From the NCBI GenBank assembly GCA_965215195.1, contig CBDCDC010000002.1:2112001-2176000 (forward strand): DNA of 64,000 bases, read 5' to 3'. Numbering within the stretch: the first letter of the stretch is position 1; every line of letters begins with the position of its first letter. This document shows, one piece after another, positions 30,863 to 40,346 of the stretch. The notes beneath the pieces are model-generated. The model was not told where the DNA came from. It did no database searches and worked only from the letters and a program-made list of their open reading frames with translations. The DNA comes from Candidatus Latescibacterota bacterium (GTDB taxonomy: Bacteria > Latescibacterota > UBA2968 > UBA8231). Both the position numbers and the translations under genes were made by a program.

Positions 30863-31822
30863 ATGACTGAACAGCGACGCAAAGTTCTCGACATGCTCTC
30901 GGAGGAGAAGATAACTGTAGAGGAGGCCGAGCGTCTCTTGCAGGCGCTGACCCGCAAGGGGCGCGGAATTGATGCCCCGCTATCTCCGATACCTAACGTT
31001 GGGGCAACCCTATCCGGGTGGTCGGAAAGCGACAAGGGCGGCAAGACGTCCAGGCGCGACGACACTTTCGCAGTGGGTGCCAACCCGCGCCTCGTGGTGC
31101 GCGGCTTCAACGGCCGCATCCGCGTCCATGCCGGCGAACCCGGCTCAATTCGCGTGCGGGCGCGGCTGAAGAATCCCCACTGCATCGAGTACAGCGCCGT
31201 GCAGGAAGGCGACATGGTCACGGTCGAGGCTAAGCCAGATCAGCAATCCAAGGAATTCCCGCCCGGACTCGGACTTTCCCGCCAGCTTGGGGCAAACATT
31301 GAGGTGACTGTGCCCGTCACCACTAGCGTTGACTTGGCGACTAGCAACGGGCCGGTGGAGCTCCGGGGAACAGAGGGCGAAGGGACGGTGCAGACCGAGA
31401 ACGGACCCATAAGGGTCGAAAAATTCAAGGGCGACCTGAACGCGACGACCAAGAACGCCCCCATCTCGGTCAAGACGCTCTCAGGCGTGGCCCAGCTCTC
31501 TACCTCGAACAGCCGCGTATCCATCAAAGACGGGCGCGGCCGGTTTGAGGTGCGGACGATCAACGGGCCGATAAAGTTTCAGGGGAGCATGGAGCCTAAA
31601 AGCCACAACAGACTATCCACCTTGAACGGCAACATCAAAGTAGCCCTAGACGCCGAACCAAGCCTCAAGCTGACGGCTGCGACGACCAACGGGCGAGTCC
31701 GCTGCGAGGTGCCGGGCTTTGTCGCAGCGGTCGAGAAGCGCCACAAGCTCGAGGGGACGCTGGGCACCGGCGAGGCCGAGCTGATCGCCGAGACCAAAAA
31801 CGGCTCCATTGTAGTTCAGTAG
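30863..31822 (+). CDS. SHOCT-like plus DUF4097 (adhesin-like beta-solenoid) protein
   Basis: EQRRKVLDMLSEEKITVEEAERLL, then repeated TSNGPV/TENGPI/TINGPI/TTNGRV motifs. Confidence 0.85.
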   Translation: MTEQRRKVLDMLSEEKITVEEAERLLQALTRKGRGIDAPLSPIPNVGATLSGWSESDKGGKTSRRDDTFAVGANPRLVVRGFNGRIRVHAGEPGSIRVRARLKNPHCIEYSAVQEGDMVTVEAKPDQQSKEFPPGLGLSRQLGANIEVTVPVTTSVDLATSNGPVELRGTEGEGTVQTENGPIRVEKFKGDLNATTKNAPISVKTLSGVAQLSTSNSRVSIKDGRGRFEVRTINGPIKFQGSMEPKSHNRLSTLNGNIKVALDAEPSLKLTAATTNGRVRCEVPGFVAAVEKRHKLEGTLGTGEAELIAETKNGSIVVQ

Positions 31823-31846
31823 CCAATCACGAATAAGAGGCCAGCC

Positions 31847-32266
31847 ATGAGCGAAAACAGCAGACGCGTACTGGAGATGCTATCCGAAGGCAAGGTGTCG
31901 GTTGATGAGGCCGAGCGCCTGCTCTCCCTCGTCGATGAGGAACCCGAAGCGACCGCAGAGGTGCAGCCGCTAGCCCCCCCACGCACGGGAGCGGCCCGGT
32001 ATCTGAGGGTGACCGTCGACTCGGACGGAGAGGAGCACGTCGATGTCCGGGTGCCGCTGGCACTGATCAAGGCCGGAGTCAAGCTGCGCACCCTGCTTCC
32101 AGAGCAGGCGGCGCAGGGAATCAATACGGCTCTACAGGACAACGGCATCAACGTTGACATTCACAACCTGCGAACCGAGGATCTAGAGCAGCTCGTAGAT
32201 GCACTGAGCGAGGTCGAGGTCAACGTCCACGACGCGGAAAACAAGGTCCGAGTTTACTGTGAGTAG
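31847..32266 (+). CDS. SHOCT-like (YvlB/LiaX N-terminal-type) protein
   Basis: RRVLEMLSEGKVSVDEAERLL...RYLRVTV...VDVRVPLALIKAG. Confidence 0.8.
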   Translation: MSENSRRVLEMLSEGKVSVDEAERLLSLVDEEPEATAEVQPLAPPRTGAARYLRVTVDSDGEEHVDVRVPLALIKAGVKLRTLLPEQAAQGINTALQDNGINVDIHNLRTEDLEQLVDALSEVEVNVHDAENKVRVYCE

Positions 32267-32395
32267 GGAATAACGATCGTTACGCGCCACCCGTTTTCAC
32301 GGGCGCAGGCTTTTAGGCGTGAACAGCCTCTCCGGCTCCTATCGACAACGCGGAACGTCAAGGTGTTAATGCGTATCAGGCGGTGTCCTCCCAGC

Positions 32396-33742
32396 TCAGT
32401 CCACCTCGACTAATTGCCGCGCCAGCGATCCCTCGCGCGTCAGGGCGTACACCAAGAGATTCACCCCTAAATTATACACCAACGGCTCCTCGGCACTGGC
32501 CAGAATCGAGTGGTTGATGACGCCATTCGCCGAAGACCAATCCATCAACTCCCGACCGATGCCCGCCCAGAAATCGGCATAGCCGCGCATTGAATACACC
32601 CCCACCAACTGCTCCCCAACTACGATGCCCTCCAAATAGTCCGGGGTACGGGGCGGGTAGTCTTGTCCGTCAACGACAAAGTTCATATCGCGCATCCCCC
32701 GCGGCAGGCTGTTTACATCGTAGAAGCAATGATAGAGCGGATGGGTTAGCTCTAGGCGAGTAAACTTCCAGTCCTTCCATTCTTGATAACCCACCGCTTG
32801 GAAGCTGGCGCGAATGAGGGAACGCACCGCCGGAATATCCAATTCGTCATCGCTGTAATTGGGCCACAAAAAGCGCACAATGTCCGCAAACAGGAAGCCG
32901 CCGCCGGTCAAATACGTCCCTAAATTGGCCGCCTCGCTGTCCGTAAACTCAAAGGGGGTATCGACGGTCAGGAGGACGAAGGGGACTTGCAAAAGCTGCG
33001 GATCGTCGAGCCGAACCGCGTCGCGCACCTCAACGTGAACCTGCGTCGTGGCGGTCATTTTATCGGCCAACCCTTGCAGCATCCGCCGTTCTACCATCTG
33101 GCGCGGCATCTGGTGATACCAGCGCACTTGTATGTTTTCGGCCTGTTCACTGTATTCCGCCCGTTCGATGGAAGGGCTATAAAGGCCGGACATATAAAGG
33201 AAGCCCTTGAGCTTGCGCCGATCTTTGGGATCAACCACCACCATTGCCCGGTGCCGACCCGTATCCAGCGCCTGCACATCCATCAGTTCCAACGCCAAGT
33301 CAATCTCGTCGGCCCCCTGCCGCGTCCCTTCCAGTGCCCCAGCCTGCATCTGCGGACCAATGTGCCGAGCGGGAAAATCCGGCACCGGCAGCACCAGCCG
33401 ATCCGGCAGCGATGCCGACGGCAGCCGCAGAGCCGATGTTTTGAATACCGGCAGGGGGCGCGATGCCGACGGTGCCGGCCGCATCGCCACGACCGGGGCC
33501 GCTTGCAGGGCGGGGCGGCGCACCAACGGGCGCTGTTGCGGTCGTTGCCGACGGGCGAGGGTGCGTGGCAGCGGGCGCTTCTTGGTAAACTTCACCATGA
33601 TCGGCGGTTGCACGGGAAAGTGCGTGACCCGCTCATGGCGCGGAATTCCGAAGATCACCAGCAGATGCAAGGCCAGCGACACCGCCAAGCAGCTTTGCAG
33701 CTTTCTATTGCTTCGGAATGGGACTTTCCACGGTCGTTTCAT
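32396..33742 (-). CDS. DUF4159-domain protein with TonB-like N-terminal anchor, copy 1
   Basis: TM SLALH, Pro/Arg linker, [46 protein letters not shown]. Confidence 0.8.
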   Translation of the reverse strand: MKRPWKVPFRSNRKLQSCLAVSLALHLLVIFGIPRHERVTHFPVQPPIMVKFTKKRPLPRTLARRQRPQQRPLVRRPALQAAPVVAMRPAPSASRPLPVFKTSALRLPSASLPDRLVLPVPDFPARHIGPQMQAGALEGTRQGADEIDLALELMDVQALDTGRHRAMVVVDPKDRRKLKGFLYMSGLYSPSIERAEYSEQAENIQVRWYHQMPRQMVERRMLQGLADKMTATTQVHVEVRDAVRLDDPQLLQVPFVLLTVDTPFEFTDSEAANLGTYLTGGGFLFADIVRFLWPNYSDDELDIPAVRSLIRASFQAVGYQEWKDWKFTRLELTHPLYHCFYDVNSLPRGMRDMNFVVDGQDYPPRTPDYLEGIVVGEQLVGVYSMRGYADFWAGIGRELMDWSSANGVINHSILASAEEPLVYNLGVNLLVYALTREGSLARQLVEVD

Positions 33743-33793
33743 CGGCTCACGTCCCTTCGCAAGGCAGGATTAAACCGGCGTAAATCCAGTATA

Positions 33794-34080
33794 ATGGATG
33801 CTTGGGCGGTCCCATGCCGTCTTATCCTCGTTTGCGTCAAATAGCTCAACGCAATGGCCTCTTAGAAGCGGTCCTAAGTACGCGACCCTTACTTTGAGTA
33901 CGCATTTTCTGCTGTGTCCGATGGGTCCGGGATCGAGGGCAAGATGCCCTCGCACCCAAGCCTCTGCTGTTTCCGAGGTGTCTAGGATCGAGGGCGTCCC
34001 GCCCTCGCACCCAAGCCTCTGGGGCCACAGAGGACGGTTTGGCACACCTCTTCACCGCGCCTGGTGAAGCAGACAACTCC
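33794..34080. repeat. Array spacer: conserved ~80-bp block plus REP/MITE-like unit
   Basis: atggatgcttgggcggtcccatgcc...gaagcggtcct followed by aagtacgcgacccttactttgagtacg...gagggcgtcccgccctcg...gcagacaactcc; recurs at 55083, 57427 and 59257. Confidence 0.85.
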
Positions 34081-36210
34081 TTACGGCAGCTTCGTCGTCT
34101 TTTTCGCTTCCACCCGCCCATCCACTTCGACCTGATAGACGTACACCCCAGCGGCCACATCCTTGCCCGTCGCGTCGCGGCCATCCCACACGAACCGATG
34201 ACTGCCCGCCTGAAGCGGCCCCTGCCACAACTGGCGCACCCGACGACCCAACACGTCGTACACCGCCAGCGACACCTCTGCTGCGTCCTTTGCCAAGTCA
34301 AGGGGCAGCACCACGGCCGGATTGAACGGATTGGGATAGCTGTCGCCGAGCCGATGTTGCACGGGTCGCGCTATCGCTGGCGTCATCACCGCCGTCGCCT
34401 GCTCGGCCAGCGAACTCTTGAGCACATGTACCCCACCCAAGATCGGATCTAACACGACCAAATCGAGGTCGCCGTCCCCATCCATATCCCCGGACAGCAC
34501 GGTGGTCGCACTGCCCTCCAGCCGATGCCGCTCCCCGGCTTGGGTAGGATTGACACGCCCACCCCATTCGACAAAGACCCCAAAGCCCGAAGCGCGGTCT
34601 CCGCCGATAAACACCCAGTCGTCCACCCCATCGGCGTTGAGGTCGCGCACCAGCATCGGCGAGCGCAGAAACAGCCGATCATCATACAGCACTGCCGCTT
34701 CGAGGCGGTCGCCGGTCCCCTTTCTCTGCAAGACGATCCCCTTGCTCCCTTCTATTAGATCGGAGGTGAACTCGGTGAGGAAATCCACCTGTCCATCGCC
34801 ATCAAAATCGCCCACCCCTAACAGCCGCTTCCCTTCGTCGAATTCAAAGGGCTCGCCGCGTGGAAGCTCCTCGCCCAAGGCCCCCACAATCCACGTGTTC
34901 ACCCGCCCGGCGATCGGTACCCACAACACATCTAGTACTCTATCGCCGGTAAAGTCGCCGATATGAGCGGGCGCATGGTTTTGGGACATCCCCACCTCCT
35001 CGGAAGTCCACACGTCCTGCTCTACATCCCAGACTTCTAACGTGCTTCCTTCAAACGTAACATCCCGTACAAATAGTTCGCTCCGGCCGTCACCATCCCA
35101 ATCCGCTGCATCCGCGATCCATCGGTCCTCGATCTGCACGAGCACCTCGACTTGGAGTTCCGGCCCGATAGACCACACTTCGGTCACCTGCCCACTGTTG
35201 CTTTGAGATATCGCGATTTCGTCTTGCCCATCGCCGGTTAAATCAGCCCCCATCGCCTCTAAGACCACCCCGGCGGTGGTCGTCCGACCCGTTGCCGCAT
35301 CGGTACTAGTCTCCCCGGCGGCCGTTACTGCTTCTATGCGCCTCAATTCCAAGGCCCCCTGCCCGTCATTGAGGGCCATCAGCCAGCCCGCTATAGACCC
35401 CCACACCTCCCTTTTTTCCTGGTGCTCATAGAGAGCGAACAGGTCTAAGTCGCCATCGCCCTCCAAGTCCGTCAACACGCCAGCCCCTCTAATCTCCGCC
35501 CCTATGCCCGGGGCAATCGGATAGAACACCGGCCGCGCAAAAAGCCCCTCATCAAAGCGAAAGTACTCCACCTGCGGCGGGGACAGTTCCCCCTCTAATA
35601 ACTCCTCCACGCCGGTCAACTCGATCCAATCAACCTCAAACCACGCCACCACATCGGATGCCGGCGGCTCTTGCTCTGTATCCAGTAGAAAAATGAGTTG
35701 AATATCTTTTAACAGGCCGTCCCATATCTTCTCGTCGTGACCCGCCAAGGAGATCGTTACTTCCTGCCACTGGGTGGTATAGGTTGTAGCTTGTGGAAGA
35801 ATGCCAAACCGGCTTCCAGACGGCGGGTCTTCGGGATCCCAACCGGAAGACCGGGCGTTGTGCTCGTTGGTCCACTCCATTGAAACATTACCCTCCGTAG
35901 GGCGATGGTGGACGGTGCGGCAGCGGATGCGGACGTGGTCGAACAGAGCCGAATCGTACCCGATGGTCGAAGAAATCAATTCGACACTCGGCTTGGGATA
36001 ATGACTTTTGACGACCGAGGGTGCGACCGTGATCCGCCACACGCCGTCTTCGACCACACTTGGGAACAGGTGCAATTCGCGCTTCCCACCCCATATAAGC
36101 GCTTCTTTGGCAGACCACCCTTGCGTCGTCCCATCGTCGAAATCCCACTTGATCGCCTCGGCGGGGACGCTCCACAGCACAAGCCATACAACAACGGCAA
36201 ATCGCAACAT
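34081..36210 (-). CDS. Secreted FG-GAP repeat protein with FlgD-Ig/T9SS-type C-terminal domain, paralog 1
   Basis: Signal peptide [16 protein letters not shown], repeated DxDGDGxxD motifs, YPNPFNP...VWDGRD...AAGVY...KKTTKLP. Confidence 0.88.
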   Translation of the reverse strand: MLRFAVVVWLVLWSVPAEAIKWDFDDGTTQGWSAKEALIWGGKRELHLFPSVVEDGVWRITVAPSVVKSHYPKPSVELISSTIGYDSALFDHVRIRCRTVHHRPTEGNVSMEWTNEHNARSSGWDPEDPPSGSRFGILPQATTYTTQWQEVTISLAGHDEKIWDGLLKDIQLIFLLDTEQEPPASDVVAWFEVDWIELTGVEELLEGELSPPQVEYFRFDEGLFARPVFYPIAPGIGAEIRGAGVLTDLEGDGDLDLFALYEHQEKREVWGSIAGWLMALNDGQGALELRRIEAVTAAGETSTDAATGRTTTAGVVLEAMGADLTGDGQDEIAISQSNSGQVTEVWSIGPELQVEVLVQIEDRWIADAADWDGDGRSELFVRDVTFEGSTLEVWDVEQDVWTSEEVGMSQNHAPAHIGDFTGDRVLDVLWVPIAGRVNTWIVGALGEELPRGEPFEFDEGKRLLGVGDFDGDGQVDFLTEFTSDLIEGSKGIVLQRKGTGDRLEAAVLYDDRLFLRSPMLVRDLNADGVDDWVFIGGDRASGFGVFVEWGGRVNPTQAGERHRLEGSATTVLSGDMDGDGDLDLVVLDPILGGVHVLKSSLAEQATAVMTPAIARPVQHRLGDSYPNPFNPAVVLPLDLAKDAAEVSLAVYDVLGRRVRQLWQGPLQAGSHRFVWDGRDATGKDVAAGVYVYQVEVDGRVEAKKTTKLP

Positions 36211-36222
36211 GATACCACCTCC

Positions 36223-36276
36223 TCACGGCAGCTTCGTCGTCTTTTTCGCTTCCACCTGTCCGTCGATTTCGACCTG
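36223..36276 (-). pseudogene. Orphan tip of the constant C-terminal domain
   Basis: [17 protein letters not shown] joined directly to the spacer repeat. Confidence 0.75.
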
Positions 36277-36500
36277 AAGTACGCGACCCTTACTTTGAGT
36301 ACGCATTTTCTGCTGTGTCCGATGTGTCCAGGATCGAGGGCGTCCCGCCCTCAACGCCCCTCGCACCCAAGCCTCTGCGGTTTCCGATGGGTCCGGGATC
36401 GAGGGCGTCCCGCCCTCGCCCCCAAGCCTCTGGGGCCGCAGAGGACAGCACGAGGAGTTTGTCACGCCTCTTCACCGCGCCTGGTGTAGCAGACAACTCC
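36277..36500. repeat. REP/MITE-like array spacer
   Basis: aagtacgcgacccttactttgagtacg...gcagacaactcc. Confidence 0.8.
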
Positions 36501-38729
36501 TCACGGCAGCTTCGTCGTCTTTTTCGCTTCCACCCGCCCATCAATTTCAACCTGATAGACATACACCCCGGCGGCCACCGCCTTGCCCCCCTCGTCGCGC
36601 CCATCCCACACAAACCGATGGCTACCCGCCGCCAGCGACCCGTCCCATACCTGCCGCACCCGACGACCCAACACATCGTACACCGTCAGCGACACTCCCG
36701 CCGCGTCCGTCGCCAAATCGAGGGGCAGCACCACCGCTGGATTAAACGGATTGGGATAGCTGTCGCCCAACCGATGTTGCACCGGCCGCGCTGCCGCTGG
36801 CGTCTGCACCGCTGTCGCCTGACCGCCCAGCGAACTCTTGAGTACATGCACCCCGCCCAAGATCGGATCTAACACCACCAAATCGAGATCGCCGTCGTTA
36901 TCCATATCCCCGCAGAGCACGTCTCGCCCTGTGCCCTCCAGCCGATGCCGCTCCCCGGCTTGAGTAGGATTGACACGCCCGCCCCATTCGACAAACACCC
37001 CAAAGCCCGAAGCGCGATCTCCGCCGATAAATACCCAGTCGTCCACCCCATCGGCATTCAGATCGCGCACCACCACCGGCGAGCGTCGCAACAGCCGATC
37101 ATCATACAGCACCGCCGCTTCGAGGCGGTCCCCGGCTCCCTTTCTCTGCAAAACCAGCCCCTTGCTACCTTCTATATCGACTGTGAATTCGGTGAAGAAA
37201 TCCACCTGCCCATCGCCATCAAAGGGTGTGAACAAGGATGTGAACTCGGTGAGGAAATCCACCTGTCCATCGCCATCAAAATCGCCCACCCCTAACGGCC
37301 TCACCCCTTCATCGAATTCAAAGATCTCGCCGCTCGGAAACGCCGCGGTCTCGCTTGTCTGCAACGCCTCGCTCAAGTCCCCCACAATCCACGTGCTCGC
37401 CCGCCCGGGGATCAGCGCCCACAACGCGTTGAGGACCCCATCGCCGGTAAAGTCGCCGATATAAGGGGGGGTATAGTCTTGGACCGCGGCTACCTCCTCG
37501 GACGTCCACACGCCCTGTTCTACATCCCACACCGCTAACGTGCTAAAGAACGTCACCGTACCCGCGATCGCCTCCTCTAAAGTGCCTTCATACGTAGTCC
37601 TCCCGACAAACAACTCAACCCTCCCGTCGCCATCCCAATCGGCCACACTACGGACCAATCGGTCGATCTGCACCAGCACCTCGACTTGGAGGTCCGGCCC
37701 AATAGACCACACTTCGGTCCCGTGCCCCCAGTTGCTTTGAGATATCGCGATTTCGTCTTGCCCATCGCCGGTCAAATCCGCACCAAGCACTCTTGAGACC
37801 ACTCCACCTTCAGCTATTTCCTCTATAACAGGCCCCCGTTCCAAGACCCCGCGCCCGTCATTGACGGCCATCAGCCAGCCCGCTTTAGTCTGAGGAGGCC
37901 CATACTTATCCTCTGTTTGCGTTTCCCACAGGCCAAACAGGTCTAAGTCGCCATCGCCATCCAAGTCCGTCAACACACCGCCCCCCCTATCCCCTAGATA
38001 CCTACCTCCAATAGGTGCTTCCCCTAGGCCCGGCGCAATCGGATAGAACACCGGCGGCGCAAACAGGCCGGTCCCCGCAAAGCGAAAGTAGGACGCTACC
38101 GGCGGCGGCGGCCGTTCCCCCTGGAGCATCTCTTCCACGCCGGTCAACTCGATCCAGTCGATCTCAAACGCCTCAACCACCCCAGGCTTGGTATCCGAAT
38201 CAAAATCCAGTATAAAACTGAGCTTGATATTTTTTAACAGGCCCTCCCATCCCCTGTGCCCATCCAACGAGACCACCACTTCCTGCCACTCGGTCGTATA
38301 GACGATTTGTTGGATGAGGTCGCGGTCTTCTTCGGCTGCTTCTAGCTCAGAACCGACATCAAAAAAACCAAAACCTGAAGAGCTTTTCCACTCGATCCAA
38401 AAAGTACCCTCCGTAGGGCGGTCATGGACGCTGCGGAACCGGACGCGGACTTGGTCGAACAGAGCCGAATCGTACCCGATGGTCGAAGAAACCACTTCGA
38501 CACCCGGACGGGAGGCGTACAAACTATTGGTGACGGCGGGATCGACCCGGATCCGCCACACGCCCTCGTCGACCTCTCCGGGGAACTGGTTAAATTCACG
38601 CGTACCCCCCCATACAAGTGCTTCTTTGGGCGTCCACCCTTGCGTCGTCCCATCGTCGAAATCCCATTTGATCGCCTCGGCGAGGCTGCTCCACAGCATA
38701 ACGCAGATAACAACGGCCAATAGCAACAT
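36501..38729 (-). CDS. Secreted FG-GAP/FlgD-CTD protein, paralog 2
   Basis: Same architecture; internal duplication [11 protein letters not shown]. Confidence 0.88.
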   Translation of the reverse strand: MLLLAVVICVMLWSSLAEAIKWDFDDGTTQGWTPKEALVWGGTREFNQFPGEVDEGVWRIRVDPAVTNSLYASRPGVEVVSSTIGYDSALFDQVRVRFRSVHDRPTEGTFWIEWKSSSGFGFFDVGSELEAAEEDRDLIQQIVYTTEWQEVVVSLDGHRGWEGLLKNIKLSFILDFDSDTKPGVVEAFEIDWIELTGVEEMLQGERPPPPVASYFRFAGTGLFAPPVFYPIAPGLGEAPIGGRYLGDRGGGVLTDLDGDGDLDLFGLWETQTEDKYGPPQTKAGWLMAVNDGRGVLERGPVIEEIAEGGVVSRVLGADLTGDGQDEIAISQSNWGHGTEVWSIGPDLQVEVLVQIDRLVRSVADWDGDGRVELFVGRTTYEGTLEEAIAGTVTFFSTLAVWDVEQGVWTSEEVAAVQDYTPPYIGDFTGDGVLNALWALIPGRASTWIVGDLSEALQTSETAAFPSGEIFEFDEGVRPLGVGDFDGDGQVDFLTEFTSLFTPFDGDGQVDFFTEFTVDIEGSKGLVLQRKGAGDRLEAAVLYDDRLLRRSPVVVRDLNADGVDDWVFIGGDRASGFGVFVEWGGRVNPTQAGERHRLEGTGRDVLCGDMDNDGDLDLVVLDPILGGVHVLKSSLGGQATAVQTPAAARPVQHRLGDSYPNPFNPAVVLPLDLATDAAGVSLTVYDVLGRRVRQVWDGSLAAGSHRFVWDGRDEGGKAVAAGVYVYQVEIDGRVEAKKTTKLP

Positions 38730-38741
38730 GATACCACCTCC

Positions 38742-39509
38742 TTACGGCAGCTTCGTCGTCTTTTTCGCTTGCACCTGTCCACCTATGTTGACCTTATAGA
38801 CATACACCCCGGCGGCCACGTCTCTGCCCGCCGCGTCGCGCCCATCCCACACAAACCGATGGCTCCCCGCCGCCAGCGGCCCCTGCCACACCTGCCGCAC
38901 CCGACGACCCAACACGTCGTAGAGTGCCAAGTGGACCCGTGCCTCGTCCGTCGCCAACGCAAGGGGAATCACCATCGCCGGATTAAACGGATTGGGATAG
39001 GCATTGCCCAGCCGATGTTGCGCCGGCCGCGCTGCCGCCGACGTCTGCACGGCGGTCGCGGTCGGTTGCTCCGCTTCCGAACAGGGCGTGGAGGAACACG
39101 CGCATTGCCAATAATCAAGGTCACCGTCCGCGTCATAGTAAAAAGTGCAGTACCGGTACGGCTTGGTCGAGTTAGAAGACCTCGCGCAACCACCAAAGTA
39201 GCTGCACTCCGTCTTTGGAGGGGGGCCGAGGAAAGCGCCGGCCTGCTCGGCCTCCGAGCGGGAGATGCAGTGGTACTCAAAGCTGCAGTCAAGGTGCTCT
39301 GTGCGGCACCGGATCGGCGTGTTCTCGTTCCGAGACTCGCATGAAACGTTGTACTCGCAGTCTTCATAAGCACTATCCCCGCACTTGTCGGCTTGGGCTT
39401 CCTTGTCCCCGAGCAGGACCACAAGCCCCGCAAGGGCGATGATAACCCACCCCTGCCGCATTGGGGCCAAGCCACTGGACGAGCCGATAAATTCACGCAA
39501 ACTGTTCAT
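38742..39509 (-). CDS. Secreted Cys-rich protein (two 6-Cys modules) with FlgD-CTD
   Basis: Leader MNSLREFIGSSSGLAPMRQGW...AQA/D, 12 Cys, SSTPCSEA linker, YPNPFNP...KKTTKLP; GGAGGTG SD. Confidence 0.85.
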   Translation of the reverse strand: MNSLREFIGSSSGLAPMRQGWVIIALAGLVVLLGDKEAQADKCGDSAYEDCEYNVSCESRNENTPIRCRTEHLDCSFEYHCISRSEAEQAGAFLGPPPKTECSYFGGCARSSNSTKPYRYCTFYYDADGDLDYWQCACSSTPCSEAEQPTATAVQTSAAARPAQHRLGNAYPNPFNPAMVIPLALATDEARVHLALYDVLGRRVRQVWQGPLAAGSHRFVWDGRDAAGRDVAAGVYVYKVNIGGQVQAKKTTKLP

Positions 39510-39527
39510 AATTCACCTCCCCTTCCC

Positions 39528-40334
39528 TCACGGCAGCTTCGTCGTCTTCTTGGCTTCTACCCATCTGTCGATTTCGACCTTGTAGATATACACCCCGGCG
39601 GCCACGTCTCTGCCCGCCGCGTCGCGACCATCCCACACAAACCGATGGCTCCCCGCCGCCAGCGGACCGTCCCAGACCTGCCGCACCCGACGACCCAACA
39701 CGTCGTAGAGTGCCAAGTGGACCCGTGCCTCGTCCGTTGCCAACGCAAGGGGAATCACCATCGCCGGATTAAACGGATTGGGATAGCTGTCGCCCAGCCG
39801 ATGCTGCACCGGCCGGCCCGCTGCCGACGTCAGAACCGCGGTCGGCGTTGGCACGGCCTCCGAACAGGGCGTGGACGAGCAGAGGCAACTTTCCCAAGTG
39901 TCGTTGTTAAAATGGTACGTGGTGCAGTGCCGGTACGGCTCGGTTGAGTTAAACTCCGCGCACTCGTCGTAATATCTGCAATAAGTCGTTTGGTCGGTTG
40001 CGGTCGTCGGCACGGCCTCCGAACAGGGCGTGGACGAGTACCAGCAATCTACTATGCCGAAGTCGCAGAGCATGTCCAAGGCATAGGTGCAGTAGAGGTA
40101 TTTCGCCTCCGGCTCGGCTGGATCTGCATCCGCCCGCGCACAAATTGGATGCTCGGAGTTGAAGCTACAGTCGAAACAATGGGTCCAGCTATCGTCACAG
40201 TAGGTCCGGGCGGGGTCGGCGTCGGCTCTGTTGATCCCGAACAGGACCACAAGCCCCGGGAGGGCGATTGCGACCCACTTCCGTAGCGGAGCCAAGCCGC
40301 TGGACGAGCCAATAAATGCACGCAACCTGTTCAT
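39528..40334 (-). CDS. Secreted Cys-rich protein (8+6 Cys modules) with FlgD-CTD
   Basis: Leader MNRLRAFIGSSSGLAPLRKW...ADA/D, 14 Cys, SSTPCSEAVPT twice, CTD. Confidence 0.85.
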   Translation of the reverse strand: MNRLRAFIGSSSGLAPLRKWVAIALPGLVVLFGINRADADPARTYCDDSWTHCFDCSFNSEHPICARADADPAEPEAKYLYCTYALDMLCDFGIVDCWYSSTPCSEAVPTTATDQTTYCRYYDECAEFNSTEPYRHCTTYHFNNDTWESCLCSSTPCSEAVPTPTAVLTSAAGRPVQHRLGDSYPNPFNPAMVIPLALATDEARVHLALYDVLGRRVRQVWDGPLAAGSHRFVWDGRDAAGRDVAAGVYIYKVEIDRWVEAKKTTKLP

Positions 40335-40346
40335 GGCTTCGTCTCC

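Noticed and set aside
33770-34067. Small ORFs in the spacers (e.g. MLGRSHAVLSS..., ...ELFDANEDKTAWDRPSIH)
   Set aside because: They recur only because the repeat recurs; frames and lengths are not conserved and there is no SD
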